This document shows positions 36,092-46,513 of a DNA stretch of 64,000 nt, piece by piece. The translations under genes were made by a program, and so were the position numbers. Location: positions 1 to 64,000 of the IMG/VR virus record IMGVR_UViG_3300020391_000004; one strand, 5' to 3'. This stretch comes from a virus. The notes under the pieces were generated by a model. It was not told the origin of the DNA. It saw only the letters and a list, made by a program, of their open reading frames with translations, and did not search any database. Every line of letters starts with the position of its first letter. Position 1 is the first letter of the stretch.

Positions 36092-37280
36092 GTAAATTAT
36101 TTACCATGCCCCAATAAGGTTCTAAAAGTTTATATGTGTTTGGAAATGCTTTACTGTAATCTTGATTACGAAATATATCTTGTCGCTTTGTCCAAACTAT
36201 CATACGTTCTAAATCTTTCAAATTAGCAGTCTCAATCATTAGATAATTTTTAATGTCCTCATCTTCTATTGTATGGACTATTTTATCTTTTAAAAAATCA
36301 GGCAAGTTTGTCATTCTGTAATGATTAGGATGATCTACTATGTTAAAATGGACAGTTTTCAACTTACTACGTAACCAATTAGAAGTTTTTTGATAGTCCG
36401 CTATGTTAATTAGGCTAACACATTGACTACCTTGAAAGAACCAGTCTACTTTCGGATAACGATTTGGTAAATCTAAGAACCAATCTATATTTTTTACAGT
36501 TTTATTCCAATCTCCTGGCCAACGTAAATATGTAAACTGTTCCTCAATTCCGTCAATGCTAAAAAAAAGTTCTATACGTTTAAATTGACTCCATAACTTT
36601 TCATAGTGCTTTGCAATCTGTTGTCCATTAGTGCTGTAAAATAATGTTGTATGCTTTGCTCTATCAGCTTCTATAAGTTTTTTTAAAAGCACTGCATGAG
36701 TTTTATCCAGTAATGGTTCTCCACCAAAAAAACTTATTTTTTCCACATTGACTAAATCTTCGAGTTGGTAACTACTACTGTTATGATATGTTTTATCCCT
36801 ACGTTGTATAAAGTCATTATCTTTTGCACCATATACTTCTTCATAGTGTTTACCTTCGGGCCAATATAAACTTGTATCCCACCCTCCGCATGTCCTACAT
36901 GCAAGGTTACATACATTAGTGGTTTTAATTACAAGTTCTCTAGGACCCTTTTCCCAACCAATATTATTAGTACCATATTGATCATTAGTTCTAAGACGTA
37001 AACTATGTATACCAGCATCCTCTTCATCCCAACAACGTTTACATTCGCTAGGACGTTCTCCTTTTAAAAATTTATATCTTAAAGAATTAAGTGCAGGATG
37101 ATTCCATCTATCCTTTTGTGATGTATCGTGATTTACTTGAACTTCAATAGGACCAAAAGCACATGGACTAATCTTATCCCAGGCGGTCTGTCTTGTTGAT
37201 ACAAACGGACTACTGCAAAAATTTTTAGAGGGTGAATCCACTAAATGTGTCTTTTTCAACATCCTGTTTTGTACCACCAA
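36084..37280 (-). CDS. Radical SAM protein with N-terminal Twitch/SPASM-like Cys domain
   Basis: CSSPF, C..CW, CNLACRTC, FFGGEP, STNG, SIDG. Confidence 0.88.
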   Translation of the reverse strand: MVVQNRMLKKTHLVDSPSKNFCSSPFVSTRQTAWDKISPCAFGPIEVQVNHDTSQKDRWNHPALNSLRYKFLKGERPSECKRCWDEEDAGIHSLRLRTNDQYGTNNIGWEKGPRELVIKTTNVCNLACRTCGGWDTSLYWPEGKHYEEVYGAKDNDFIQRRDKTYHNSSSYQLEDLVNVEKISFFGGEPLLDKTHAVLLKKLIEADRAKHTTLFYSTNGQQIAKHYEKLWSQFKRIELFFSIDGIEEQFTYLRWPGDWNKTVKNIDWFLDLPNRYPKVDWFFQGSQCVSLINIADYQKTSNWLRSKLKTVHFNIVDHPNHYRMTNLPDFLKDKIVHTIEDEDIKNYLMIETANLKDLERMIVWTKRQDIFRNQDYSKAFPNTYKLLEPYWGMVNNLHE

Positions 37281-38346
37281 TTATGTAACTTGAGATTTCT
37301 GTTTCTTGTGGTGCAACCTGTACTTCACCACCTGCAATCCATTTACTAGTCCAAGGTAAAGGATTTGCTTGTGGAACACTATATGGACTTTTTAATCCTA
37401 CTGCATTCATACGTTTGTTTGCAATCCATTCAATATATTGATCTAATAATTGTTTGTTTAATCCTATCATTGAACCATCTTTAAACAAATAGTCCGCCCA
37501 TTGTTTTTCTTGGTCTACTGCATCAACAAACATCTGTATACAATCTTCTCTTGTTTCTTCTGCAATCTTTGCAAAATCTTTATCATCCTTAGGAAGTATT
37601 TTTAATAATTGTTGTGTCGAACCTAAGTGTACATTCTCATCACGAGCAATAAATTTAATAATTTTAGCATTGCCTTCCATCTTTTTAAGTTCTGCGAATG
37701 CCCAACTACATGCAAATGATACATAAAAACGTACACCTTCTAAAATGTTTACACTCATAAGTGTTTTATATAATAATGTTTTCAATTCATACAAATCAAT
37801 TACAATCTTCTTACCATTTACTGTATGTGTGCCTGCTCCTAATAAATTATAATATGCAGACTTTTCAATTAGTTCATCATAGCATAATGTAATACTATCT
37901 GCACAGTCTACAATCTCCTGTACGTCCATCATTTCATCAAATATTTTACTTGGATCACTGTACACGTTACGGATTATATGTGTGTAACTACGGCTATGAA
38001 TTGTTTCACTAAATGTCCATGTTGTAATCCAGTTCTCAAGTTCTGGTAAACTAGTAATAGGATTAAATGCTTCCGCAGGTGCACGACCTTGAACACTATC
38101 TAATAATATTTGTCTTTTTAAATTACTTGTAAACACATGACGTTCATTGTCAGTAAGTTCTTTAAAGTCTTTACTGTCTTTCAATATATCTACTTCCTCA
38201 GGTCTCCAAAAGAATCCTAATTGCTTGTCTGTAAGTTTATCAAAGGCACGATACTTTAGTGTATCATATCTTTGCATTCCTAGTTCTCCATCAAAGAAAC
38301 ACATTTTCTCTGTGTGGTCATGTTTACTTGTGTTTAATACGCTCAT
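37225..38346 (-). CDS. nrdB: Ribonucleotide reductase class Ia beta subunit (start revised)
   Basis: FFWRPEE, LDSVQG, ETIHSRSY, EGVRFY, DENVH, VAPQETE. Confidence 0.98.
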   Translation of the reverse strand: MSVLNTSKHDHTEKMCFFDGELGMQRYDTLKYRAFDKLTDKQLGFFWRPEEVDILKDSKDFKELTDNERHVFTSNLKRQILLDSVQGRAPAEAFNPITSLPELENWITTWTFSETIHSRSYTHIIRNVYSDPSKIFDEMMDVQEIVDCADSITLCYDELIEKSAYYNLLGAGTHTVNGKKIVIDLYELKTLLYKTLMSVNILEGVRFYVSFACSWAFAELKKMEGNAKIIKFIARDENVHLGSTQQLLKILPKDDKDFAKIAEETREDCIQMFVDAVDQEKQWADYLFKDGSMIGLNKQLLDQYIEWIANKRMNAVGLKSPYSVPQANPLPWTSKWIAGGEVQVAPQETEISSYIIGGTKQDVEKDTFSGFTL

Positions 38347-38356
38347 GGTTAGTCCT

Positions 38357-39061
38357 TTACTTTTGCGTTTTATCAAATACTAAACGAATATTTCCGTTTA
38401 GAAATGCATTGTATACTGAAAAATCTATATCTATACAAACAAAGTTTAGTTTAGAATTATATAGCTCTGCTCTAATGTAACTGTCAATAATTTGTAGATA
38501 TTTAGTATCAGGACTAAATTTTTTAAAATCATAAATTCCAAGGAAATCTAAATGTTCTGTTCTTTCCATCATCCTTGCTAAATTAAAAGTTACAAATGCT
38601 CTGCCTTTGTCTGACAAAACAAGATTTATTTGATACAATCTTTCATTTATTTGAGTGATTGGAATAAAGTGTATTGCATTAATAGAAATCAATGATTGTA
38701 TAGCATTCTCATATTTGTTAATAAAATTGTAATTAAAAGTATCACATAAATCAGCCTTATCATTTTCTGGATCAATACCAATTATTTCAGGATAGTATTT
38801 TTTTAATAAATTACTTCCGCAACCAATATCGTAAATAGTGCCTGTATTTTTTTCAGTTAATAAATTTGTATAATAAAAAGATGCAATTGAAAAACAACTA
38901 GTCATGCAATCTTCACGTGGTGATGAAAACGCTTGACTTACTTCATTATCTATAATTAGATCGTAATCGTTTTTGATTTGCTTTCCAATATCTGTAAGTA
39001 AAAAACTTTCTTTAAATCCAGATGGCATTTGATTTATATTTTCCATTTTTATATCGTACAT
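38357..39061 (-). CDS. SAM-methyltransferase-like protein between nrdA and nrdB
   Basis: IYDIGCG, IGID, NAIHF. Confidence 0.55.
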   Translation of the reverse strand: MYDIKMENINQMPSGFKESFLLTDIGKQIKNDYDLIIDNEVSQAFSSPREDCMTSCFSIASFYYTNLLTEKNTGTIYDIGCGSNLLKKYYPEIIGIDPENDKADLCDTFNYNFINKYENAIQSLISINAIHFIPITQINERLYQINLVLSDKGRAFVTFNLARMMERTEHLDFLGIYDFKKFSPDTKYLQIIDSYIRAELYNSKLNFVCIDIDFSVYNAFLNGNIRLVFDKTQK

Positions 39062-41349
39062 GCCTCACAGTCTTCCTCAATTATTTCGTCCTCTGGAATT
39101 TGCAAGTTTACAGTATCAACAAGTTCACTCATATTGTCTCCACTGCCGTCAAATGTGTTAAAATAATATAATTGTTTAGTACCATATTTATATGCCATTA
39201 ATAAATGTTGCAACATAGTACTCATTGGTATTTTTTCTTCTTCGAAGTGTTGCGGATTATAACTAGTGTTTACACTTATTCCTTGGTCAATATATTTTTG
39301 TAATACTGCCATTATTTTTATATAACCTTCAGGACTTTTTTGATCCCATAATAATTCATACTTATTTTTATATCTATAAAATCCAGGAACAACTTGTTTC
39401 AGAACACCATCTTTACTTTGTTTTACACTTACAAATGCTCTAGGTGGTTCAATACCGTTTGTAGCATTTGATATTTGTGCAGATGTTTCGCTAGGCATTA
39501 GTGCCATTAATGTGCTATTACGTATTCCTGTTTCACTTAATTGTTTACGTAAGCCTGTCCAATCCATACGTTCCTTATGTACTATAAGATCATCAACATC
39601 TTTTTTATATGTTTGATTAGGCGTTATGCCATCACTATACTTCGTTTCATTGTTTCCAGGACAAGCACCTTCCTCGGTTGCTAGATCTGCACTTGCTTTT
39701 ATTAAGTAATAACTCCATGCTTCTGCATATTCATCTACTAAATCTAAATTAGGATTACTATAGTTTGTATCATTTTTTGCTAAAAAATATGCAAGATTAA
39801 TTATACCAATGCCTAAAGGTCTGCGTTTTATTGTGCTTGCCTGTGCAGCCTTTACAGGATAGTCTTGATATGTAAGTAGTGCATCAAGTCCACGCACTGC
39901 AAGTTCGCATGGCTTTTTAAAATCTTCTGGTTTACGAATATTACCCCAATTTACTGCACTTAAAGTACAAAGTGCAATTTCTCCTTCTTCATCATTAAAG
40001 TCGTTTAATGGTTTAGTAGGCAAATCAATTTCACAACATAAATTACTTTGTCTTATAGGAGCGACTTCTGTTTTAAAACTACTATGTTCATTTGCATGGT
40101 CAACATTCTGTAAATATATTCTTCCTGTGTTTTTACGTTCTTCCATAAAACTTGCAAATAAAGCACTAGCAGGAATAGATTTTTTACGTATACTAGTTTT
40201 ACGTTCTGCTTGTTCGTATAATTTTTTAAATTTATCTTGGTCTGCAAAAAAGGATTCATATAATCCAGGCACATCATGCGGAGAGAACAATGTAATGTTT
40301 CCACCAGATATCAAACGTTCATAGAATAATTTACTAAACTGTACGCCATAATCCATATGTCTTACTCTATTATCCTCTGTTCCTTTATTGTTCTTTAGCA
40401 CTAACAATTCTTCAATTTCATAATGCCAAATAGGATAGTAAAGTGTTGCAGCACCATTACGAACTCCACCTTGACTACAACTTCTAGTAGCACTTTGAAA
40501 CATTTTATAAAATGGTATTACACCTGTGTGGTAAGCGTCTCCGTTTCTAATTGGTGAACCCAATGCACGAATACTTCCTGCTCCAATCCCAATGCCTGCT
40601 TTCTGGGATACGTACTTAACGATACTGCTAGTAGTAGCATTAATACTGTCCAAGCTATCTGCAGTTTCAATGAGTACACAGGACGAAAACTGCCTTTGCG
40701 GCGTTCGTACGCCAGCCATAACAGGAGTAGGCAAACTAATATCAAAGGTAGATATTGCATCATAATAATCCTTTACATATTGCATACGTATGTTTTTTGG
40801 ATAATGTGCAAACAAAGTTGCCGCAATCAATACATATGCCATTTGTGGTGTTTCATATATTGTATTTGTTACACGATTTTTGACAAGGTATTTACCCCTA
40901 AACTGTTCCATAGCCGCATAGGTTAGTTCTTCATCTCTATCATGTTTAATAAAGTTATTAATTACACTCCATTCATCTTCATCGTAACTTGTTATTAATT
41001 CTTTATCATAAAATCCAATGTCAACATTACGTTGTACTAGTTTCTTAATATGCCATGGTTCGAATTGTCCATATACCATTTTACGTAAATGATAATTAAT
41101 TAATCTTCCTCCAACATATTGATAACCTGGTGTTTCTTCGCTTATCAAATCTGCCGCACTTTTTATTAGTGTTTCCTGAATATCTACGCTAGGTATACCA
41201 TCATAAAATTGTACATTGCTACGTAATTCAACTTCGCTTTCACTTACACCTGTAACACCTTCACAGGCATAAAAAACGACCTTGTGGAGTTTTTCCAAGT
41301 CAAGGTCTTCTGTAGTTCCATCTCTTTTTTTAACTTGTATATTGTTCAT
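39049..41349 (-). CDS. nrdA: Ribonucleotide reductase class Ia alpha subunit with ATP cone
   Basis: VKKRDG, PTPVMAG, SSCVL, SNLCCEI, C-terminal CEAC. Confidence 0.99.
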   Translation of the reverse strand: MNNIQVKKRDGTTEDLDLEKLHKVVFYACEGVTGVSESEVELRSNVQFYDGIPSVDIQETLIKSAADLISEETPGYQYVGGRLINYHLRKMVYGQFEPWHIKKLVQRNVDIGFYDKELITSYDEDEWSVINNFIKHDRDEELTYAAMEQFRGKYLVKNRVTNTIYETPQMAYVLIAATLFAHYPKNIRMQYVKDYYDAISTFDISLPTPVMAGVRTPQRQFSSCVLIETADSLDSINATTSSIVKYVSQKAGIGIGAGSIRALGSPIRNGDAYHTGVIPFYKMFQSATRSCSQGGVRNGAATLYYPIWHYEIEELLVLKNNKGTEDNRVRHMDYGVQFSKLFYERLISGGNITLFSPHDVPGLYESFFADQDKFKKLYEQAERKTSIRKKSIPASALFASFMEERKNTGRIYLQNVDHANEHSSFKTEVAPIRQSNLCCEIDLPTKPLNDFNDEEGEIALCTLSAVNWGNIRKPEDFKKPCELAVRGLDALLTYQDYPVKAAQASTIKRRPLGIGIINLAYFLAKNDTNYSNPNLDLVDEYAEAWSYYLIKASADLATEEGACPGNNETKYSDGITPNQTYKKDVDDLIVHKERMDWTGLRKQLSETGIRNSTLMALMPSETSAQISNATNGIEPPRAFVSVKQSKDGVLKQVVPGFYRYKNKYELLWDQKSPEGYIKIMAVLQKYIDQGISVNTSYNPQHFEEEKIPMSTMLQHLLMAYKYGTKQLYYFNTFDGSGDNMSELVDTVNLQIPEDEIIEEDCEACTI

Positions 41350-41439
41350 CTTGAACCCTCTTGATTTGCCTTTTTGTTATTTACAGACAACGAGCTTCCA
41401 TAAACAACATCTTATAATCGAAGTGCCGATTAGACTAAA

Positions 41440-43014
41440 TTATTTTATTATTCTTATAGAGTATTTAAAACTAGCACTGCTACCTGTACTTGTAGTAACA
41501 TAATTAAGTGTAGTTATATTTGAGCTATTTGTCAAGGAAAAAGTAACACCGACGCTACCATTATTTTCTTGAAAGTTATCATTTATCACTTGCCCATTTG
41601 CATCATGTGTAATAGATAACACACCTTGACGCTTTGCAGTGCCTCTTGTAAGTAGATACTCAATCTCAACTGCATTTTCTAAACTATTGTTGTCACTAAA
41701 TGTAATACCACTTGACTTTGAACTGTTATCGTCTAAAGTAATAGTAGCACCATACTGTCTTGCATAGTGTCCAATTTCCACTTGTGTAGTATCAATAGCA
41801 GTGCCTTTGTGATTAACTCTTTTCTTTGTTGTTGTAACATCAGTTAGTGGACGTTCAAAGTCATCACTTATACTGTTATTTCCTGTTGTAGCAAAATTTA
41901 TAACATGAGTATTAGCATTTCCAATGCCTAAGTTATTATTTGCACAGTCTTTAAATGTATTGAATGCACTTGTAAAGCCAGGGCCTGCAAATACATGTAT
42001 TGCATGGTTGTATATGTCATCAAATAAACTATTTGTAACTTTTATCCCACGTGGTCCATCTACACTAGGAGCACTTCCTGTTATGTTTTCACCAATTTTA
42101 AATCCTTTAAATGCTGTATTAAATTCGCATCCACTAAATGTTATACTACTCATATCATGGTCTGCATTTACTAGTAAATTGGACTTTGTAAAAGTACAAC
42201 CAACAAAGTGAACATGTTCAGTTTCTCTCGAATTAGAACTTTCTAATTTTAAAGTAGTTGCACTGTTTCCAATTGCAGTAGGCACAGTAGTTTGAAATCC
42301 TTGAAAACGACAATGACTAAATGTAACATTTTGTCCTTGATTAACAACAAAACTATCTACTGTATCAACACTTGCAAAAAAAGTTAATCCAGCAATGTTT
42401 ACTTCTCCAGGTAGGCTTGCACTACTTGCTCCAACACTTCCGTCAATTTGTTGTAATGCATCTGCAGTCATTGCTATACAATCTGGTGTTGTACTTGTTG
42501 CTTTAATTATACTACTATCATGTCCTTCACCTATTAATGTTGCATAGGTAGGTATTTTTAGTATATCAGTCACTATATATGTTCCTGCAGGAAAAAATAA
42601 TGCTCTACGTATTTCTGTGTTTAAAGCTCTACTATATAACTGAAATAAAGCACGGTTAATTGCTACAGTATCATCTGTTGTTCCGTCACCTTTAGCACCA
42701 AAATCTTTTACACTTGCATGATCATCAAACTTTTGTAGCATAGTACGTGTAATAGGATTGTTTGCAGTAGTGCCAGTAGTAGCATTATATCCACTTGCGG
42801 CTCCTTTATATGTGTATGTATCTGCACTATCTAACAAATCACTATTAGCAGTAAGTAATTCTATATTTTCTATTTTAGGAGCGTCAGTACCACCATTTCC
42901 TATATAAAGTCTTCTTGTATCGACTGCAAGTCCTAACTCGCCTACTGCAAGTTGTGGTAAATTATCTGCAACACCTCTTCTATGTTGAATGCGTGAAATT
43001 TGTACTATAGCCAC
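41440..43014 (-). CDS. Tail/baseplate protein with pectate-lyase-like beta-helix
   Basis: MAIVQISRIQHRRG, ELG..DTRRL.IG, SVKDFGAKGDG.TDDT.AI..A, LFFPAGTY. Confidence 0.8.
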   Translation of the reverse strand: MAIVQISRIQHRRGVADNLPQLAVGELGLAVDTRRLYIGNGGTDAPKIENIELLTANSDLLDSADTYTYKGAASGYNATTGTTANNPITRTMLQKFDDHASVKDFGAKGDGTTDDTVAINRALFQLYSRALNTEIRRALFFPAGTYIVTDILKIPTYATLIGEGHDSSIIKATSTTPDCIAMTADALQQIDGSVGASSASLPGEVNIAGLTFFASVDTVDSFVVNQGQNVTFSHCRFQGFQTTVPTAIGNSATTLKLESSNSRETEHVHFVGCTFTKSNLLVNADHDMSSITFSGCEFNTAFKGFKIGENITGSAPSVDGPRGIKVTNSLFDDIYNHAIHVFAGPGFTSAFNTFKDCANNNLGIGNANTHVINFATTGNNSISDDFERPLTDVTTTKKRVNHKGTAIDTTQVEIGHYARQYGATITLDDNSSKSSGITFSDNNSLENAVEIEYLLTRGTAKRQGVLSITHDANGQVINDNFQENNGSVGVTFSLTNSSNITTLNYVTTSTGSSASFKYSIRIIK

Positions 43015-43042
43015 GTTCTATACTCCTAATTGTATAGTGTAT

Positions 43043-43720
43043 TTATCCGTAATAGAGAGCAACTCTGTCAAACCAAATATCGCTATAATAATTAAATGCT
43101 TTATCTTCTAGTATCCATTCCTGATACTGATAGTCTTTACTACACATTAATATTACACCTTTGCTAATATTAGTGTCAAACATATTATTATGTGCATGAG
43201 CATATGCACAGAGTTGTAAAAAATAATCTTCAACCCATTCTGTTTTCTTAGGTTTATTCGTTTGTTTAAAATCCATTATACTAGGAATGCCTTTATGTAA
43301 ACCAACTAAGTCTGTTGTGCCTGCATAAAGTCCGCTATGATATAAAGGTACTTCAGTACCCCACAGTTCGTCAGCATGTGAAAGTCCATGTTCTAGTATA
43401 ATACTTGCCATTCTATGACTTTGCTGACTATATGGATTACTACCAGGCTCCCCAATTACTCCAGTTTCTACGTAGTCTTCTAACCATTTATGCATACGTG
43501 TACCTCTGCCGGCGGCTTCAGTAACAATCTGTTGTGCTTTTACTTGACCTACACGTTTCTTCCAATTTCTTAGTGCTTGACGTTTCTCTTCCGATTTTGT
43601 TTTGTCTAGTATAGTAGTCACACTAGGAACCGCTGAACCATCTGGAGTAAGATAATGTCTCTTTCCATCAACCGTTTTTCTTTTGATAGGAGAATAATTA
43701 TATTTGTTTGTAATCATCAT
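43043..43720 (-). CDS. PD-(D/E)xK exonuclease (Cas4/RecB-like)
   Basis: PSVTTIL, RGTRMH, YAGTTD, MDFKQT, QL.AYA. Confidence 0.9.
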   Translation of the reverse strand: MMITNKYNYSPIKRKTVDGKRHYLTPDGSAVPSVTTILDKTKSEEKRQALRNWKKRVGQVKAQQIVTEAAGRGTRMHKWLEDYVETGVIGEPGSNPYSQQSHRMASIILEHGLSHADELWGTEVPLYHSGLYAGTTDLVGLHKGIPSIMDFKQTNKPKKTEWVEDYFLQLCAYAHAHNNMFDTNISKGVILMCSKDYQYQEWILEDKAFNYYSDIWFDRVALYYG

Positions 43721-43722
43721 TT

Positions 43723-43751
43723 ATTATAACATTTTATATTTCTGTTGTCAA
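43723..43751 (-). promoter_or_regulatory. Consensus sigma70 promoter TTGACA-17-TATAAT
   Basis: Read directly; ATG ATG begins 2 nt after the -10 element. Confidence 0.8.
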
Positions 43752-44786
43752 AGGATCAATTAATGCTCGTGCATTCCTAGTAAGCCACAGTTTGTCTCTC
43801 ATACGGTTTTGATTATAGTCCAAAACCTCTTTTAGTTCTTGCCTTACTATAATAGGATCTAGTTTTTGTAATTGCATAAAACTCTCAAATGCACTTTTTG
43901 TTCTTTGAGTTGTATCATCAATGTTATCGTAACTTTCATCTATCACAGGATGAAATGTTTTAAATCCTATGTGTTTTAACATCTTTAAGTAATGTTTCCC
44001 ACTTAAAACAATAAATGGTTTATTACATAACATAGGTTTTCCTACTTTTTCGGTTGGGAAAAATATACGATCAGTACTTAATGTTTCTGCAACTAGACTG
44101 ATCCATGTAGCGTCCTCTATGTGCTTACTAATATAGTGACTTGTAAATGTAGGAACTCCATCCAAATCATTTATAGCAGTGTTTGTATATTCAGTATGTG
44201 TAATATTTGTAAAAAAATTATCTATTTTAGAATCACCTTCGTCTATAAAAGGACTTTTATAAACCTTAAATAAATTTACAAGATTATTATCTAGTTGATT
44301 ATTATCCTTTAACAAGTCAAAAAAACAGCTTCGCATCGGCTTTCCGTTACCTAATAACACATTAGCAAAGTAAGGTCTTGTTGTATTGTGTTCTAGCACT
44401 ACGTCTTTATTACTCATACTAGTGTTAACTAAATGCCAACTACTAAAGGCATACTTACAGGGCCAGTTATGATCTTTATATGTGATACTGCTTGTGATTA
44501 AATAATCTTTTTCCGTACAGGGTGGTGTACCTGTTGCTTCCCATATAAATTGTTCTCCGGGTATAACATATTCAAGATCTTCAAATACAATAGTTCGATT
44601 TGATTTTTCTCTTTTCTGCCATTTGTTATGATCAAAACTTCGAAGTTTACTAAATGCTACTTGTTTGGGATTAAAATATGGATGCGGTATATCATTATCG
44701 TAAATTGAATTAAGCACTCCATATGGATCCTCGTTCATAAACGCATATTTCATTCTACGATTAAATTCAGAAGTCTGCAAATCCAC
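43734..44786 (-). CDS. TEK-motif protein, paralog 3
   Basis: WISLVAET...PTEKVGKP...KPFIV...GFKTFHP.IDESYD. Confidence 0.55.
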   Translation of the reverse strand: MDLQTSEFNRRMKYAFMNEDPYGVLNSIYDNDIPHPYFNPKQVAFSKLRSFDHNKWQKREKSNRTIVFEDLEYVIPGEQFIWEATGTPPCTEKDYLITSSITYKDHNWPCKYAFSSWHLVNTSMSNKDVVLEHNTTRPYFANVLLGNGKPMRSCFFDLLKDNNQLDNNLVNLFKVYKSPFIDEGDSKIDNFFTNITHTEYTNTAINDLDGVPTFTSHYISKHIEDATWISLVAETLSTDRIFFPTEKVGKPMLCNKPFIVLSGKHYLKMLKHIGFKTFHPVIDESYDNIDDTTQRTKSAFESFMQLQKLDPIIVRQELKEVLDYNQNRMRDKLWLTRNARALIDPLTTEI

Positions 44787-45303
44787 TCACCTGTAGTGTA
44801 TACTTGTCTTTCATTCCTGCATTAGCACTTAAATGTAAATGATTACTATCCCATATCCAGCCTTCGCCAGCAGTCCAATGAGTGCTATTGTGCCATACGT
44901 TATCTTTTTCATACTGTAAGTATTCGCCAACATGCCAATCTTCTAAGTACATGTTTGCTCTTACTTTAAGTCTAGTATCATTAGGGTGTGCTTTCTTAAT
45001 TTGAAAGAATGTATCTCTGTGTACAGGGATCATATTTCCAGGTGGTTGTAATATACTACTTACTGTAACAACTTGTATACCTAGTTGCGAACCTAGTTTA
45101 TCAAAGTCTACTTGTTCCCTAGTCCACCATAGTTGGCGTATAAGTGTATTACCCATGTCGTAGCTATCCGGGAAGCCTCCGAACTTTTCATGTATATCTT
45201 TTAGTTCGTGTACTTGGTGACTAATACAACTTCCGCTATGCACAGAATAGTCTGCATCCACAAACTGTTTTAAATTATAATCTAATTTTGCTTTTTTTAA
45301 CAT
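44767..45303 (-). CDS. Fe(II)/2OG hydroxylase-like (cupin) protein
   Basis: PVHRD, HLSANAG, R..LQVSG. Confidence 0.65.
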   Translation of the reverse strand: MLKKAKLDYNLKQFVDADYSVHSGSCISHQVHELKDIHEKFGGFPDSYDMGNTLIRQLWWTREQVDFDKLGSQLGIQVVTVSSILQPPGNMIPVHRDTFFQIKKAHPNDTRLKVRANMYLEDWHVGEYLQYEKDNVWHNSTHWTAGEGWIWDSNHLHLSANAGMKDKYTLQVSGFADF

Positions 45304-45308
45304 TTTTT

Positions 45309-46145
45309 TTACTCTATATATTGCATTAAATATTCAGCCCAAGCAACATGTCCATTTTCTAATGGATGTCTTGTTCCTTGGTCACTTTGCATAGGATTAT
45401 TTCTCATCCATATTTCTGCTAACTGTGAAGAAGCCATTTGTTCCATCATTGTATACTTTAATTTATTATACACACCTTTATTCTTTAATGTTGCAATTAT
45501 AGGAGTGTATGACATATCAGTTAGGACTCTTAAATCTTTTGGATATTTATTTTCTTGTGGTAGAATTTCCTCTAGTAAATCCATCCACGTCTTATCAACA
45601 TGGTCTTTCTGTATATTTTCATTATATGTATATGTAAAGTTACGGCTTACCACAAACTTAACAATAGGATATACGTCGATCAGTTCACTTTTAAAGGATT
45701 CAAACATTTTGTTCTCATAGTCTTTTAAAAAATTATCAACATCTATGTAATGATCAAATTTATTAGGCACCCAAATATTATCTTTAATCATTTCTCTACC
45801 GATTTCTGTCATACATATAATTACATATATTTTACTATATTTGTCTATTAGATATGGCATTGCATAAATTAGATTATCTTGTATGCTTATATTTGATCCT
45901 GCAGGTTTCGATATATTTAAAAAATCACTATTTAATTTGTTAGCAATAATAGAACCATATACATGATTCATTCTATAATCTCTGTCTTCACCTAATGAAG
46001 GACCCAAACTATCACCCCATGTCCAACTATCTCCTGCAGTGACTACAATAGATTCCTTGCCTTTACTAATTTCATCAAACCATCTTTTACGTGGATTAGG
46101 TTCTAAAGAAATTGGAAGAATGTCCATTAGTTGGTTATCTTCCAT
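45309..46145 (-). CDS. SGNH/GDSL hydrolase-like protein
   Basis: AGDSWTWG, N.SKPAGSN, HP...GH..WA. Confidence 0.75.
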   Translation of the reverse strand: MEDNQLMDILPISLEPNPRKRWFDEISKGKESIVVTAGDSWTWGDSLGPSLGEDRDYRMNHVYGSIIANKLNSDFLNISKPAGSNISIQDNLIYAMPYLIDKYSKIYVIICMTEIGREMIKDNIWVPNKFDHYIDVDNFLKDYENKMFESFKSELIDVYPIVKFVVSRNFTYTYNENIQKDHVDKTWMDLLEEILPQENKYPKDLRVLTDMSYTPIIATLKNKGVYNKLKYTMMEQMASSQLAEIWMRNNPMQSDQGTRHPLENGHVAWAEYLMQYIE

Positions 46146-46153
46146 AATTTATG

Positions 46154-46513
46154 CTACCAATTAATTTCCCAATAGAAATATGTTCCAGATGTACTTTTTC
46201 TTGCAATAGTATATCCTTTGTTTTGAAAATGTGCTATAACCTCATTCATCTGCTCTGTTTTCACAGTGTCTGTGATTGTTCCTTGATATGCCTTGTAATA
46301 ATTTTGACCGTCTGTATCATTGTCAGTCATTGGTGAACCTGTGATAGTTGCACCTTGTATTGTTACTGTGCTTGTATTTGAGATTGACGTAGTAAATGCT
46401 CCAGCAGTAATTGCATTTAATACAGCTACTTCCATTATAGCAATCTGTTGTACAAGTGTATTGTTACCTTGTGCCCTTTCTCTGGCTTGAGAGCCTGTTG
46501 GAAACACTGCCAT
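46154..46513 (-). CDS. Putative virion protein
   Basis: End of the head-protein block; TAATG coupling. Confidence 0.55.
   Translation of the reverse strand: MAVFPTGSQARERAQGNNTLVQQIAIMEVAVLNAITAGAFTTSISNTSTVTIQGATITGSPMTDNDTDGQNYYKAYQGTITDTVKTEQMNEVIAHFQNKGYTIARKSTSGTYFYWEINW

Noticed and set aside
37225-41349. Introns or inteins in nrdA/nrdB
   Set aside because: Both ORFs are uninterrupted and of ordinary length
43043-43720. Cas4 as evidence of a CRISPR system
   Set aside because: No Cys cluster typical of Cas4, and no other cas genes or array; this is a common standalone phage exonuclease
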